64,000 bases of DNA from positions 275,899 to 339,898 of the IMG/VR virus record IMGVR_UViG_3300028666_000022. The stretch is one strand, 5' to 3'. Below are positions 19,535-28,740 of the stretch, piece by piece; position 1 is the stretch's first letter; each line of letters opens with the position of its first letter. The translations under genes and the position numbers were made by a program. The notes beneath the pieces were generated by a model. That model saw only the letters and a program-made list of their open reading frames with translations, did no database searches and was not told where the DNA came from.

Positions 19535-19897
19535 ATGAAAGTTTTAATCAATTTAATTATTGAAAATTTAACAGATGACTTATTAAAAAATAAATATAAG
19601 TCATCTGTTAATAAAAATAAATTTACTGGACATTGTTATGTTGCTACAGAAACATTATATCACTTACTTGATGATAATGAGAAAAAAAATTATATACCAG
19701 CAATATTAAAAATTAATAATGATACCCATTGGTTTTTAAAAAATAAAATAACTGGTGAAATATTTGATATAACAAAAAATCAATTTAATTATAGTTTAGA
19801 TTATAGTAAATCAATAAATAAAGCTTTTTTAACAAAAAATCCATCAAAAAGAACATTAATATTAATAAATAGAATATATGAAAAAATTAATTTATAA
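19535..19897 (+). CDS. YunG-like / papain-fold-like small protein
   Basis: GHCYVATE...HWFL...FDIT..QF gives a candidate Cys-His-Asp triad; start re-placed to MKVLIN. Confidence 0.5.
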   Translation: MKVLINLIIENLTDDLLKNKYKSSVNKNKFTGHCYVATETLYHLLDDNEKKNYIPAILKINNDTHWFLKNKITGEIFDITKNQFNYSLDYSKSINKAFLTKNPSKRTLILINRIYEKINL

Positions 19898-21788
19898 CAA
19901 AACAATACTATTATTTTTAGATACTAATGATATTGAAACATTAGAAAAGGGTGATTTAAAAAAAATAAAAGATGATTATCTGCTTATATATGATAATTGT
20001 GTTATTTTTAGTTATTTCGATATAAAATATCATAAAAATATAATTAAAGATAAAATAAATAAATTGAAGTTTATTAAGCAAACTAAAATAAATGCAAGAG
20101 AATGTAATATTGTAAAAATAGACAACGTTGAAAAAAATAAATTTTTGAATGAAAATCATCTTCAAGAAACCGATAGATCTCAAATATTTTATGGAGCATA
20201 TTATAATAATGAATTACTTGCTGTTATGACATTTGATAATTCAAGAAAAATGAATGGTGGTGTTGAAAAAGATGAAAATGAATATGATTTATCAAGATTT
20301 GCAATTAAAATGGGTTATATTATTGTTGGTGTATTTAATAAGATGCTAATGACATTTATTAATGATTATTCGCCAAATAAAATTATAACATTTGCTGATT
20401 TAGATTTGGTTAATAGAGAAAATAATATTTATTTACACAATAATTTTAAATTATGTAAAGTAATTAACCCTGATTTTAGAATATATTTAAAAAATAAAAA
20501 TAATATCTTTCATAAATTTACTTATGGTAATAAGTTTATGAAAGATGGTAAAATTTCTGACGAAAAGAAAGAAGATGTAAGAGAAAATATGATAAAATTA
20601 TGGAACTGTGGAAAAATAAAATATGAATTATTAATAATTAACAAAAAAATAATATATGGTTTTATTTACATAATAAAAAATAAAACTAATGGTAAAATAT
20701 ATATTGGTCAAACAACTAGAAGTTTTACTAGAAGATTATGGGAATATAGAAGCGCATATAAATATAATAATTTTCACAATCAATATCTTGCTAATGCATT
20801 CAATAAATATGGTTGGGATAATTTTGAAATTTCTGTTATAGATAATGCATTAACTGTTGAAGAATTAAATGAAAAAGAAATCAATTACATTAACAAATAT
20901 AATTCAAATAATAGAGAATTTGGATATAATTTAGAGGCAGGTGGTAATAATTCTCTTCCTAGTTCAGAAACACTTGAAAAAATGTCAATTTCGCATCAAG
21001 GTGTTGTTCAAAGTGATGAATGGGTTGAAAAGAGAATTGCTAAAGCTGGTACTGAAGATGCAAAGAAATATGGAAAAGCTAAAACAGAAGAAGAAAAATT
21101 AAAATTAAGTTTAACCTCAACTAAATTTTGGGAAGGAAAAACCAGAGACGAAGAAACTAGAAGAAAGATAAGTGAAACAAAAAAGAAAAATGGGTTATCG
21201 GAAAAACAAAAAGAATTATCATGTGTACGTGTTTGTAAAGTAAATTCAAAAACTAATGAGATTGTAGAAACATTTGAATCAGTATCGGAAACTGCTAGAC
21301 GTGAAAATACTAGTCAGGCAACTATCATTAGAAGATGTTCTGGTGAAACAAAAAATGTTGGCGATTATTTTTATTATTATGAATCAGATTTTTCGAATAA
21401 TATTGTAAGAGAATTTAAATCAACCGAACGCAAAAGTTTGAATAATTTTACTGAAGAAGAATTACATAAAATTTATAATGAACACATTAATGATGGAGTT
21501 TCAGTTAGAGAATTATGTACTAAATATAATCTAATTTATAGTACTCTTTCTAATTATATCAGTAAAAAAAGAAATCCACTTAATTTAGATTCTAAATATT
21601 GGGCTGTTTGTAAGAAAACCAATAAAAAATTTGAAGATTATTTAAATAAATCTGGAGTATTAACAAGACATATTCAAGAAATATATGCTGAAGAGAATTT
21701 AGAATCAAAATTTTCACGAAAGAAAATTGAATTAGAATCTGGACACTTTTGGTACGCTAGATTTTTTGATTTTATTGAAATTAAATAA
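19878..21788 (+). CDS. Mom/GNAT-like domain fused to GIY-YIG homing endonuclease with NUMOD-like and HTH modules
   Basis: FLNENHLQ...YDLSRFA...IITFAD...LWNCG; GFIYIIKNKTNGKIYIGQT; RDEETRRKISET; FESVSETAR. Confidence 0.75.
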   Translation: MKKLIYNKTILLFLDTNDIETLEKGDLKKIKDDYLLIYDNCVIFSYFDIKYHKNIIKDKINKLKFIKQTKINARECNIVKIDNVEKNKFLNENHLQETDRSQIFYGAYYNNELLAVMTFDNSRKMNGGVEKDENEYDLSRFAIKMGYIIVGVFNKMLMTFINDYSPNKIITFADLDLVNRENNIYLHNNFKLCKVINPDFRIYLKNKNNIFHKFTYGNKFMKDGKISDEKKEDVRENMIKLWNCGKIKYELLIINKKIIYGFIYIIKNKTNGKIYIGQTTRSFTRRLWEYRSAYKYNNFHNQYLANAFNKYGWDNFEISVIDNALTVEELNEKEINYINKYNSNNREFGYNLEAGGNNSLPSSETLEKMSISHQGVVQSDEWVEKRIAKAGTEDAKKYGKAKTEEEKLKLSLTSTKFWEGKTRDEETRRKISETKKKNGLSEKQKELSCVRVCKVNSKTNEIVETFESVSETARRENTSQATIIRRCSGETKNVGDYFYYYESDFSNNIVREFKSTERKSLNNFTEEELHKIYNEHINDGVSVRELCTKYNLIYSTLSNYISKKRNPLNLDSKYWAVCKKTNKKFEDYLNKSGVLTRHIQEIYAEENLESKFSRKKIELESGHFWYARFFDFIEIK

Positions 21789-21856
21789 ATTTAATATTGG
21801 GGTTTAATTAAATAAAATAAATACATGATTAAAGATTAACTAGTTTATATATGTGG

Positions 21857-23266
21857 TTACTTTTTAATCTCTATGAAGTCAAAAAACTTAGCATACCAGA
21901 AATGACCAGTTTCTAACTCAATTTTCTTTCTAAGGTATTTTGATTCTAAATTCTCTTCAGGATATGTTTCTTGAATATGTCTTGTCAATACTCCAGATTT
22001 ATTTAAATAATCTTCAAATTTTTTATTGGTTTTCTTGCAAACAGCAATATAATTAGAATCTAAGTCAAGTACATTTTCTTTTTTATTTTTCTTTTCAATA
22101 TATGATAATAATATTGAAAATCTTATTGAATATTTTTTAGATAATTCTCTTATTGATATAAGAGAATTCATGTGTTCATTATACATATCTAATAATTCAT
22201 TATCTGTAAATTCTTCTAATTTTTTAAATATATTAGATTTGAAATCTTTTAATTCGTTATTTAGAAAATCACATTCATAACACCAATAATATTCACCTTT
22301 ATTTTTTGATATACCTAAACATTTTCTTAATATTGCTTCATATGATAAATTATCTGAATTTAATCTACCAGCATCCGCTAATGATTTAAATTTTTCTACA
22401 ATTTCATTATTTTTATTAATTTTTAAAACTGGTTTAGATACTTTATTTATTCTTTTCTCAATCCATTCTTTATTTTGTTTAATATCTTTTCTTGCTAAAG
22501 ATAATTTTAATTTTGTTTCTAAACTAGCAAGAGAGTTTTTACCACCATTTTCAATATTATAACCAAATTCTCTAATATTTGATTTATATTTATTAATATA
22601 ATTGATTTCTTTTTCATTTAGTTCATCAATATTTGTTGCATAATCAATGATATTGAACTCAAAATTATTTAAATTATGTTTATTAAATGCATGATATAGT
22701 ATATGATCTTCATTATTTTTTGCTTTTAATATATGTTCATATAATCTGTCTTTCACTCTTATACTTTGACCGACATATTTCTTATTATTTAGTTTATTGA
22801 TTATTAGATAAATATGTCCGAATTCATCTAAAGTAATATCTAATTTAATATTTACATTAATATTATGTTTTTTCATTACCCAAATATTTGTTTTTTCTGA
22901 AGATGATGTTAAATTATTATTAAAATCATAATTATAACCAAATTCTTCAATATTTGATTTATAAATGTTAGTATGAACAATTTTTTTCAAATCTAACTCA
23001 CTAATATTTGATGCACTATCAATGATAGCAAACTCAAAATTATTAATCCCATATTCATTAAATGCATCACATATTGGATGATTTTCACCATTATTTGCTC
23101 TTCGTATATGTTCGCCAAATCTCTTTCTAACTTGAGTACTTTGTCCAACATATTTTTTATTGTTTATTTTATTTGTAAGTAAATAAATATGTCCAAATTC
23201 ATTCATGATTATATTTTTACTAACATTTACTATGATTTCATGTTTTTCAATTAACCAAGTTTCCAT
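21857..23266 (-). CDS. Homing endonuclease with two tandem GIY-YIG domains
   Basis: GHIYLLTNKINNKKYVGQS and GHIYLIINKLNNKKYVGQS; FKSLADAGR; shared C-terminal domain. Confidence 0.8.
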   Translation of the reverse strand: METWLIEKHEIIVNVSKNIIMNEFGHIYLLTNKINNKKYVGQSTQVRKRFGEHIRRANNGENHPICDAFNEYGINNFEFAIIDSASNISELDLKKIVHTNIYKSNIEEFGYNYDFNNNLTSSSEKTNIWVMKKHNINVNIKLDITLDEFGHIYLIINKLNNKKYVGQSIRVKDRLYEHILKAKNNEDHILYHAFNKHNLNNFEFNIIDYATNIDELNEKEINYINKYKSNIREFGYNIENGGKNSLASLETKLKLSLARKDIKQNKEWIEKRINKVSKPVLKINKNNEIVEKFKSLADAGRLNSDNLSYEAILRKCLGISKNKGEYYWCYECDFLNNELKDFKSNIFKKLEEFTDNELLDMYNEHMNSLISIRELSKKYSIRFSILLSYIEKKNKKENVLDLDSNYIAVCKKTNKKFEDYLNKSGVLTRHIQETYPEENLESKYLRKKIELETGHFWYAKFFDFIEIKK

Positions 23267-23320
23267 ATAAAATATTTTTAGTAAAATTACTAATTATTAT
23301 TTAATAATAAAAGAAATAAA

Positions 23321-23349
23321 ATAAAAAAGAGTGGAAAATTCCACTCTTT
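23321..23349 (-). terminator. Rho-independent terminator after major capsid gene
   Basis: aaagagtggaa-aa-ttccactcttt hairpin with U tract on minus strand. Confidence 0.8.
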
Positions 23350-23373
23350 AATTAAAGATTATATTTTTTTGTC

Positions 23374-25047
23374 TTATGATAAGTCACCAATACCAAAAGT
23401 AGTTAAACCATCGCAATATATACGGCCAAAATAACGATTTAACACCATTTTCTTAGCGTACCTAGTCATTATCCCGCGAATTGGGCTAAAATCAAACGGG
23501 TTATACATCACAGGTGTTAGCTGTAATGGCACGTACGGAGCATATATGTAACCGGTCTCAAGTATGCTAGTACCTTTATGTCCAATTAACACCGTATTAG
23601 CAGGTGAATATGGATCACGGTATACTATATAACGTCCACTTAAAGTACCAATTTTCTCAATACCCATGTTATACTTATCCTGTTCAGGACTTGCATTACT
23701 AACGTGGAAATATTCAAGGTCATCAAATACAGCACTAACTTCAGGAGAAACTACTATCCAAGAAGCACCACCACGAAGGGTTGCTTTATGAATCTGAGCA
23801 GAAATCTGATTGATTTTAGTAACTAGAGTTTGATTCCAGTCTTTCTGTGTTCCGTAATAAGCTGTAGATTGTCTACGTAAACCATTATAGTCCCAACGAC
23901 TTGTCCAAGCAGCACCTCTACGAAGATCACGAAGAATTTCACGGTCAATTTCAGCAGCCATTTGTTCAGATAACAAAGCAGTTAATTCAGCTTCGGCATC
24001 GATATTATGGAAAGCAGAAACGTCTTGTGCTAATTCAGGAGTCCACTGAGCACGCATTTTACGAGTTTCAACACTAACAGTAACTTGATCAAGTACGAAT
24101 GTTACTTCTGCCATTCTTGAATCTTCTTCAAGGTCAGAATAAACACTATAACGATACCTAAAAGTAGGAGTTGTAGCAGCACTCATTGCATTATAACCAT
24201 CAGTACCAGCATAAGTAAGATCAACAACAACAGTTAATTTTCCAGTAGCATCAACAATTGCTTGTCCGTACTTCTGTACTTTAACGTTGAAAGGAAGAGG
24301 ATTACCTGCAGTGATACCTTCTGTTGAAAATGGAGAAGGAGCAACAAAATTAACACTAGAAGAAATTTTCAAACTAGCTAAAAAAGATTCTGTATCCATA
24401 GGAACTCCAGTAGGACCAACTAATTTACCTTCATAAGTAGTAGAAAAACCACTAATAACTAAGGTTAATGATTTGTCAGCAGCAGTATAAGCATAAGGAC
24501 TTTGAGCACAAGTACCTGAAGTAATTGTAAGTTCACCTTTAGACCTATCAAATAATGAAGTACCTTCATCGTCATATGATTTAGCATAGAATGCATCATA
24601 TAAAGATTGGCTTTCAAACTGAGTTTTAGCTGAAGCAGCAGTAGAAGCAGCATTTGCATAAGCACCATCAGGTGAATAATTGTCAAATTGACTAGCAGTT
24701 GTTTGTTTCCTTGAGCTTGCTTTAGGATTGATGTAATATAACTTACCAATAGGTAAATTCAATGCTTGAACCGATACGATGTCATTAGCTAAAAGTTTAG
24801 CAAATACCCTACGTATTACAGGAAAAGCAACTGTTTCAAACTGACCACTAGATGCAGATTCAGTTGATTCATTAATCATGTGGCTTAGTTGGTTTTCGAA
24901 TAACTGTGCGCAGTTTTCTTTTACGTTACCTTCAAGGCCTTCTAACAAACCAATTTTTTCCCAACGGTTTGTAGTTATTTCTCTTTGTTCGCGAAGTTGT
25001 TTTAATCCAATATTGCCAACTTCGGCACTTTCCATTAAAAATCCCAT
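23374..25047 (-). CDS. Major capsid protein (T4 gp23-like)
   Basis: TRKMRAQWTPELAQD, DAEAELTALLSEQMAAEIDREI, GYIYAPYVPL, GIMTRYA. Confidence 0.95.
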   Translation of the reverse strand: MGFLMESAEVGNIGLKQLREQREITTNRWEKIGLLEGLEGNVKENCAQLFENQLSHMINESTESASSGQFETVAFPVIRRVFAKLLANDIVSVQALNLPIGKLYYINPKASSRKQTTASQFDNYSPDGAYANAASTAASAKTQFESQSLYDAFYAKSYDDEGTSLFDRSKGELTITSGTCAQSPYAYTAADKSLTLVISGFSTTYEGKLVGPTGVPMDTESFLASLKISSSVNFVAPSPFSTEGITAGNPLPFNVKVQKYGQAIVDATGKLTVVVDLTYAGTDGYNAMSAATTPTFRYRYSVYSDLEEDSRMAEVTFVLDQVTVSVETRKMRAQWTPELAQDVSAFHNIDAEAELTALLSEQMAAEIDREILRDLRRGAAWTSRWDYNGLRRQSTAYYGTQKDWNQTLVTKINQISAQIHKATLRGGASWIVVSPEVSAVFDDLEYFHVSNASPEQDKYNMGIEKIGTLSGRYIVYRDPYSPANTVLIGHKGTSILETGYIYAPYVPLQLTPVMYNPFDFSPIRGIMTRYAKKMVLNRYFGRIYCDGLTTFGIGDLS

Positions 25048-25064
25048 TTTATTAAAATTTATTT

Positions 25065-26612
25065 TTATGATTTAATTATTTTTTTACCTCCGTTTTCTAC
25101 GTATTCGATAATCTTTCTCATTCTATTCATATGATCATTATCGGCGTAGGCAGTTTTTTCAATTACTTCATCAAGTTTATGTTTTGAAGATGGTTGTATA
25201 GAGGTGCTTACTTTATCTTCAAGACTTTCAGAAATTGTTTTCCTATTTTCTTTCATTTCTGTTAGAAAAGATTTATACTTTTTCTGTGAATCGGTAATAC
25301 TATCAACTTGTTTAAATTCGTTGATAATTTTTATTTTATCCTCTTGGGTCAGAGCTAATTCTTCGTTTACCAAAAGATTATTGACGTGAGCCAAATTGGT
25401 ATTAAAGACAGCCATTTCCTTCAATTGATTGCGATATTTTTCAAGTGCGGTTTTATAATTTTCAAGCAAACCACTGACAGTACCTTTATAAGATTTAACT
25501 TCGTTTAATTTTTTTGTTAAGTTTTTATTTTCCTTAATTAAACCGTTAATTTTTTTCTGTGATTCTTGAACATATGGAGAATGATTTTTTTCACCCTGAC
25601 TCAAATAATCTTCACCCGGTAATTCTCTACCTGACATTTTTCTACGTGAACTATAAGACAATCCATGTGCTTCATCAACATCGTTTGCTTCGCCTTTTCC
25701 TAATACTGATTCAATATCAGCATCAGTAATTGGTTCTTCATCTATTAAATTACTATCGTATTCGCCTTTATGCATTTTATCCAAAGGAAAGTTACCACCA
25801 TGCATTTCGTCAACTGATTTTTCATCGATAAGATTAGAATCATATTCACCCTTATGCATTTTATCTAATGGGAAATTGCCACCATGCATTTCATCAACAT
25901 TTTCATTATCGAGAGATTTAATAACCTCATCGATTTTGTTTTTCATGTTAATTAATTCATTATATGCAATTCCTTTGTTTCCCTTTTCCATGTATGATGG
26001 TGAATTTGCGTTAATACCCTTAAGTTCTTCTTCAAGACCTTCCATTTCTGAAATTTCTTTTTCGATTGCTTCCATCGTGAGTACTTCGTCATTTTCATCA
26101 GCATTTTCTAATGCAGAACCTACACTCTTCATATCCAATTCTGTTATATCGAATTCTTCGGTTTGAAGTGGTTTTTTTAGTTTTTTATCGAAAGGTTTAC
26201 CATCACCAACTACTTCTTCAATAGCTTCTGGTTTTTTTACCTTTTTATCAAAGGGTTTACCTTCTCCGGCGGTTTCTTCAACCTTTTCCACTTTTTTTGC
26301 TTTTTCGTTGAAGGGTTTTCCTTCTCCAGCATTTTCTTCGACTTTCTTAGTCTCTTTTGTTTGATTCTTCATAACAGATTCTTCTTTATTTGTTTCAGCA
26401 TCATCTAAATCTTTAGATTCTTTATCTTTATCCAATTTTTTGTAGGATTCTTTTGCCGATTTATTTTTATTTATTTCTTCTTTTAGAATATTATTAAACT
26501 TTTCTGGAAATTCTTCTGCTAATTTTTTCTTAGCATTAGCTTCAGCAGCTTCAACTATTTCTTTATAATCAGTTAGAGCTTCCTTTAATATTGACTTTTT
26601 ATCTTCTTTCAT
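25065..26612 (-). CDS. Prohead scaffold/core protein (gp22-like)
   Basis: Acidic coiled-coil between protease and MCP; internal repeats; late motif 26649-26657. Confidence 0.75.
   Translation of the reverse strand: MKEDKKSILKEALTDYKEIVEAAEANAKKKLAEEFPEKFNNILKEEINKNKSAKESYKKLDKDKESKDLDDAETNKEESVMKNQTKETKKVEENAGEGKPFNEKAKKVEKVEETAGEGKPFDKKVKKPEAIEEVVGDGKPFDKKLKKPLQTEEFDITELDMKSVGSALENADENDEVLTMEAIEKEISEMEGLEEELKGINANSPSYMEKGNKGIAYNELINMKNKIDEVIKSLDNENVDEMHGGNFPLDKMHKGEYDSNLIDEKSVDEMHGGNFPLDKMHKGEYDSNLIDEEPITDADIESVLGKGEANDVDEAHGLSYSSRRKMSGRELPGEDYLSQGEKNHSPYVQESQKKINGLIKENKNLTKKLNEVKSYKGTVSGLLENYKTALEKYRNQLKEMAVFNTNLAHVNNLLVNEELALTQEDKIKIINEFKQVDSITDSQKKYKSFLTEMKENRKTISESLEDKVSTSIQPSSKHKLDEVIEKTAYADNDHMNRMRKIIEYVENGGKKIIKS
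25737..25898 (-). repeat. 26-aa exact protein repeat x2 in scaffold
   Basis: VDEMHGGNFPLDKMHKGEYDSNLIDE at 25821-25898 and 25737-25814, with synonymous differences. Confidence 0.9.
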
Positions 26613-26738
26613 TTTATTAAATTCTTGTAACTAATAATCTAATTTTTATATAAATACATCTGCTTTGCGAAAAAGTATAAAAAATAATAAAATTTCTTGT
26701 TTTATTAAAAATTTATACTTATATTCTCACCATTATTT

Positions 26739-28646
26739 TTATAGTAAAAACTTATCTATTGCAGATGATAATTTATTATCTTCTTCTTTTAAATAAACAC
26801 CATTTTTATTTACATAACTTTCTTCAAAACTAAAATTTCCTTTATTTGGAAATAAATATGCTCCGGGAGTACTTGGTGTAGAAACTAAATCAAATGCTAT
26901 TAATTCAAAATCATTTTGAACATAATTTTCACCTTGTATTTCTTTTAATGTTCCAACTCCCCTTGATGATATTCCAATTCTGATTTTGTTTTGTAGATAT
27001 AAAACTATTTTATCACCAATGACTGAAACAACACCATACTTAATATAACCGGGAGATACAATTATTTTTAATTGACCAAACAAAACATTTTCTTCTTTAC
27101 CTTTTCCCCACCACATTTTTGTTATTAAATGTGATATGTTTTGTAAGGAAACTACAGATGAATTACCAGTCCAATGTGCTTTACCATTTACTTTAACTAA
27201 GAAATTACCATTTTTAACTCTAACACAAGCAATGTTATCATTAAAATCAATTTCAGTAACTTTAATAAATCTTTTATCTAAATAAATGTGTTTAGTTTTT
27301 GATATGTTTAAATTATATTGTATTTGACTATTCTCTGCTTTAATCAATCTATTTGTTTCGAGAGTTTCATTAATATATTCAATTGTACCATCAGATAAAA
27401 CAACTTCTTTTTTTACTATTTTTTTATCGATAATATTTCTATCTTTGGGTTGATATGTTGTAATTGTACCACTACTACCAGTTTTAATTAAGATCTCATG
27501 TAAATCTTCAATTAGTTGTCTTGATGTTGAAAAAACAGATTTTTTATTATTTAGTTTTCCATTTTTTTCAACATAATCAATGTTCCTGCCATCACCCAAC
27601 CAGAACCAATGAAATAATATTTTTAATAAATCCGAAGATGCTTGTTTTAATTCTATTGGAATATATTTATTATGTGAATGTCCTAATATATATAGATAAT
27701 TATATAATCTAGCATCATTAATATGATATTGACATTTACCATCATCATGCTCGTCTTTCCAAAATTTAAATGGTAATTTTTTTAATAAATTTTCAATAAG
27801 AATCTTTTTTTCTTTATTTTTTTGTGTTATAATAACACTATAACCACTTAATTTATATTGATTTGATTTAGCACCAGTACTATGACCTTCAGCTAAATAT
27901 ATTCCCATAAAAGCAAACCAATCTTCTGATTTAATTTTTATTGGTGTAGTATAACGTTCAATTAAATCATGTTTTGAATTAAAACTTAACGTATTCTTAT
28001 CTACTCCTTCTAAAGTAAAATATTCATTATAATTACCTTGCCATTCAGCAGTTTTTAATATTTTATATTTTCCTGATGAAAGAACATTGTTTAGATTATT
28101 ATAAATATCTTTAGCATAATAATATTCTCTTTTGCCTTTAGAGTTTTCTATTAAAAATCTATGATTTTCTGTTACAGTTAAATCGATTGAATTACTTAAA
28201 AATTTATACATTTTACCTTGATATGGTGTATATATTTTTTTATCTATTTTTTGAATTTCAATTTGATTAGTTTCTGTATTAAGTGTTAATATTTCTTCAT
28301 TCTCTGAAATATCTTTAAACCATTTCCATCCATCTTTAGTGCATATTTTAGATTCTGAAGCATTCACGCAATCTGGATGATCAGCTTCATTTACAGCACA
28401 ATTAGTATCAATTAGTTTTTGATATTCTATAACTTGAGGAACTAAAACATCTTTTGGATAAATTCTACCATTTTTATTTTTCACACCCCATTTTTGAAGT
28501 ATGCAATCTATTAAGACTGGTTCATTAGGTTTAAGTTCAAAACCTTCTTTAATTAATTGTGGATTTAAGTCTGAAGTAATAAAACCTGAATCCGACTCAA
28601 TAAGAATTCCAAAACCCGTCTCATTTGCTTTTAATATATTGCCCAT
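26739..28646 (-). CDS. Prohead protease (T4 gp21-like) containing an intein
   Basis: KNKNGRIYP, EADHPD|SSVVSLQNISH, GISSRGVG, FDLVSTPSTPGA; ~232 aa after splicing. Confidence 0.92.
   Translation of the reverse strand: MGNILKANETGFGILIESDSGFITSDLNPQLIKEGFELKPNEPVLIDCILQKWGVKNKNGRIYPKDVLVPQVIEYQKLIDTNCAVNEADHPDCVNASESKICTKDGWKWFKDISENEEILTLNTETNQIEIQKIDKKIYTPYQGKMYKFLSNSIDLTVTENHRFLIENSKGKREYYYAKDIYNNLNNVLSSGKYKILKTAEWQGNYNEYFTLEGVDKNTLSFNSKHDLIERYTTPIKIKSEDWFAFMGIYLAEGHSTGAKSNQYKLSGYSVIITQKNKEKKILIENLLKKLPFKFWKDEHDDGKCQYHINDARLYNYLYILGHSHNKYIPIELKQASSDLLKILFHWFWLGDGRNIDYVEKNGKLNNKKSVFSTSRQLIEDLHEILIKTGSSGTITTYQPKDRNIIDKKIVKKEVVLSDGTIEYINETLETNRLIKAENSQIQYNLNISKTKHIYLDKRFIKVTEIDFNDNIACVRVKNGNFLVKVNGKAHWTGNSSVVSLQNISHLITKMWWGKGKEENVLFGQLKIIVSPGYIKYGVVSVIGDKIVLYLQNKIRIGISSRGVGTLKEIQGENYVQNDFELIAFDLVSTPSTPGAYLFPNKGNFSFEESYVNKNGVYLKEEDNKLSSAIDKFLL
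27162..28370 (-). mobile_element. Intein (403 aa, LAGLIDADG) in prohead protease
   Basis: Starts CVNASES, VTENHRF, GIYLAEG and WLGDG, ends HWTGN|S. Confidence 0.9.
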
Positions 28647-28740
28647 GTGAAAATATTTTAATATAAATAGTTTATAATATCAATTATTTTTCTTAAATTT
28701 AGGTTTCAGATAATAATGTATTTATGATAAATATTCTTGA

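Noticed and set aside
21857-23266. Group I intron hosting the GIY-YIG genes
   Set aside because: MCP ends normally with its own terminator, no interrupted host gene is evident and no intron core structure is visible
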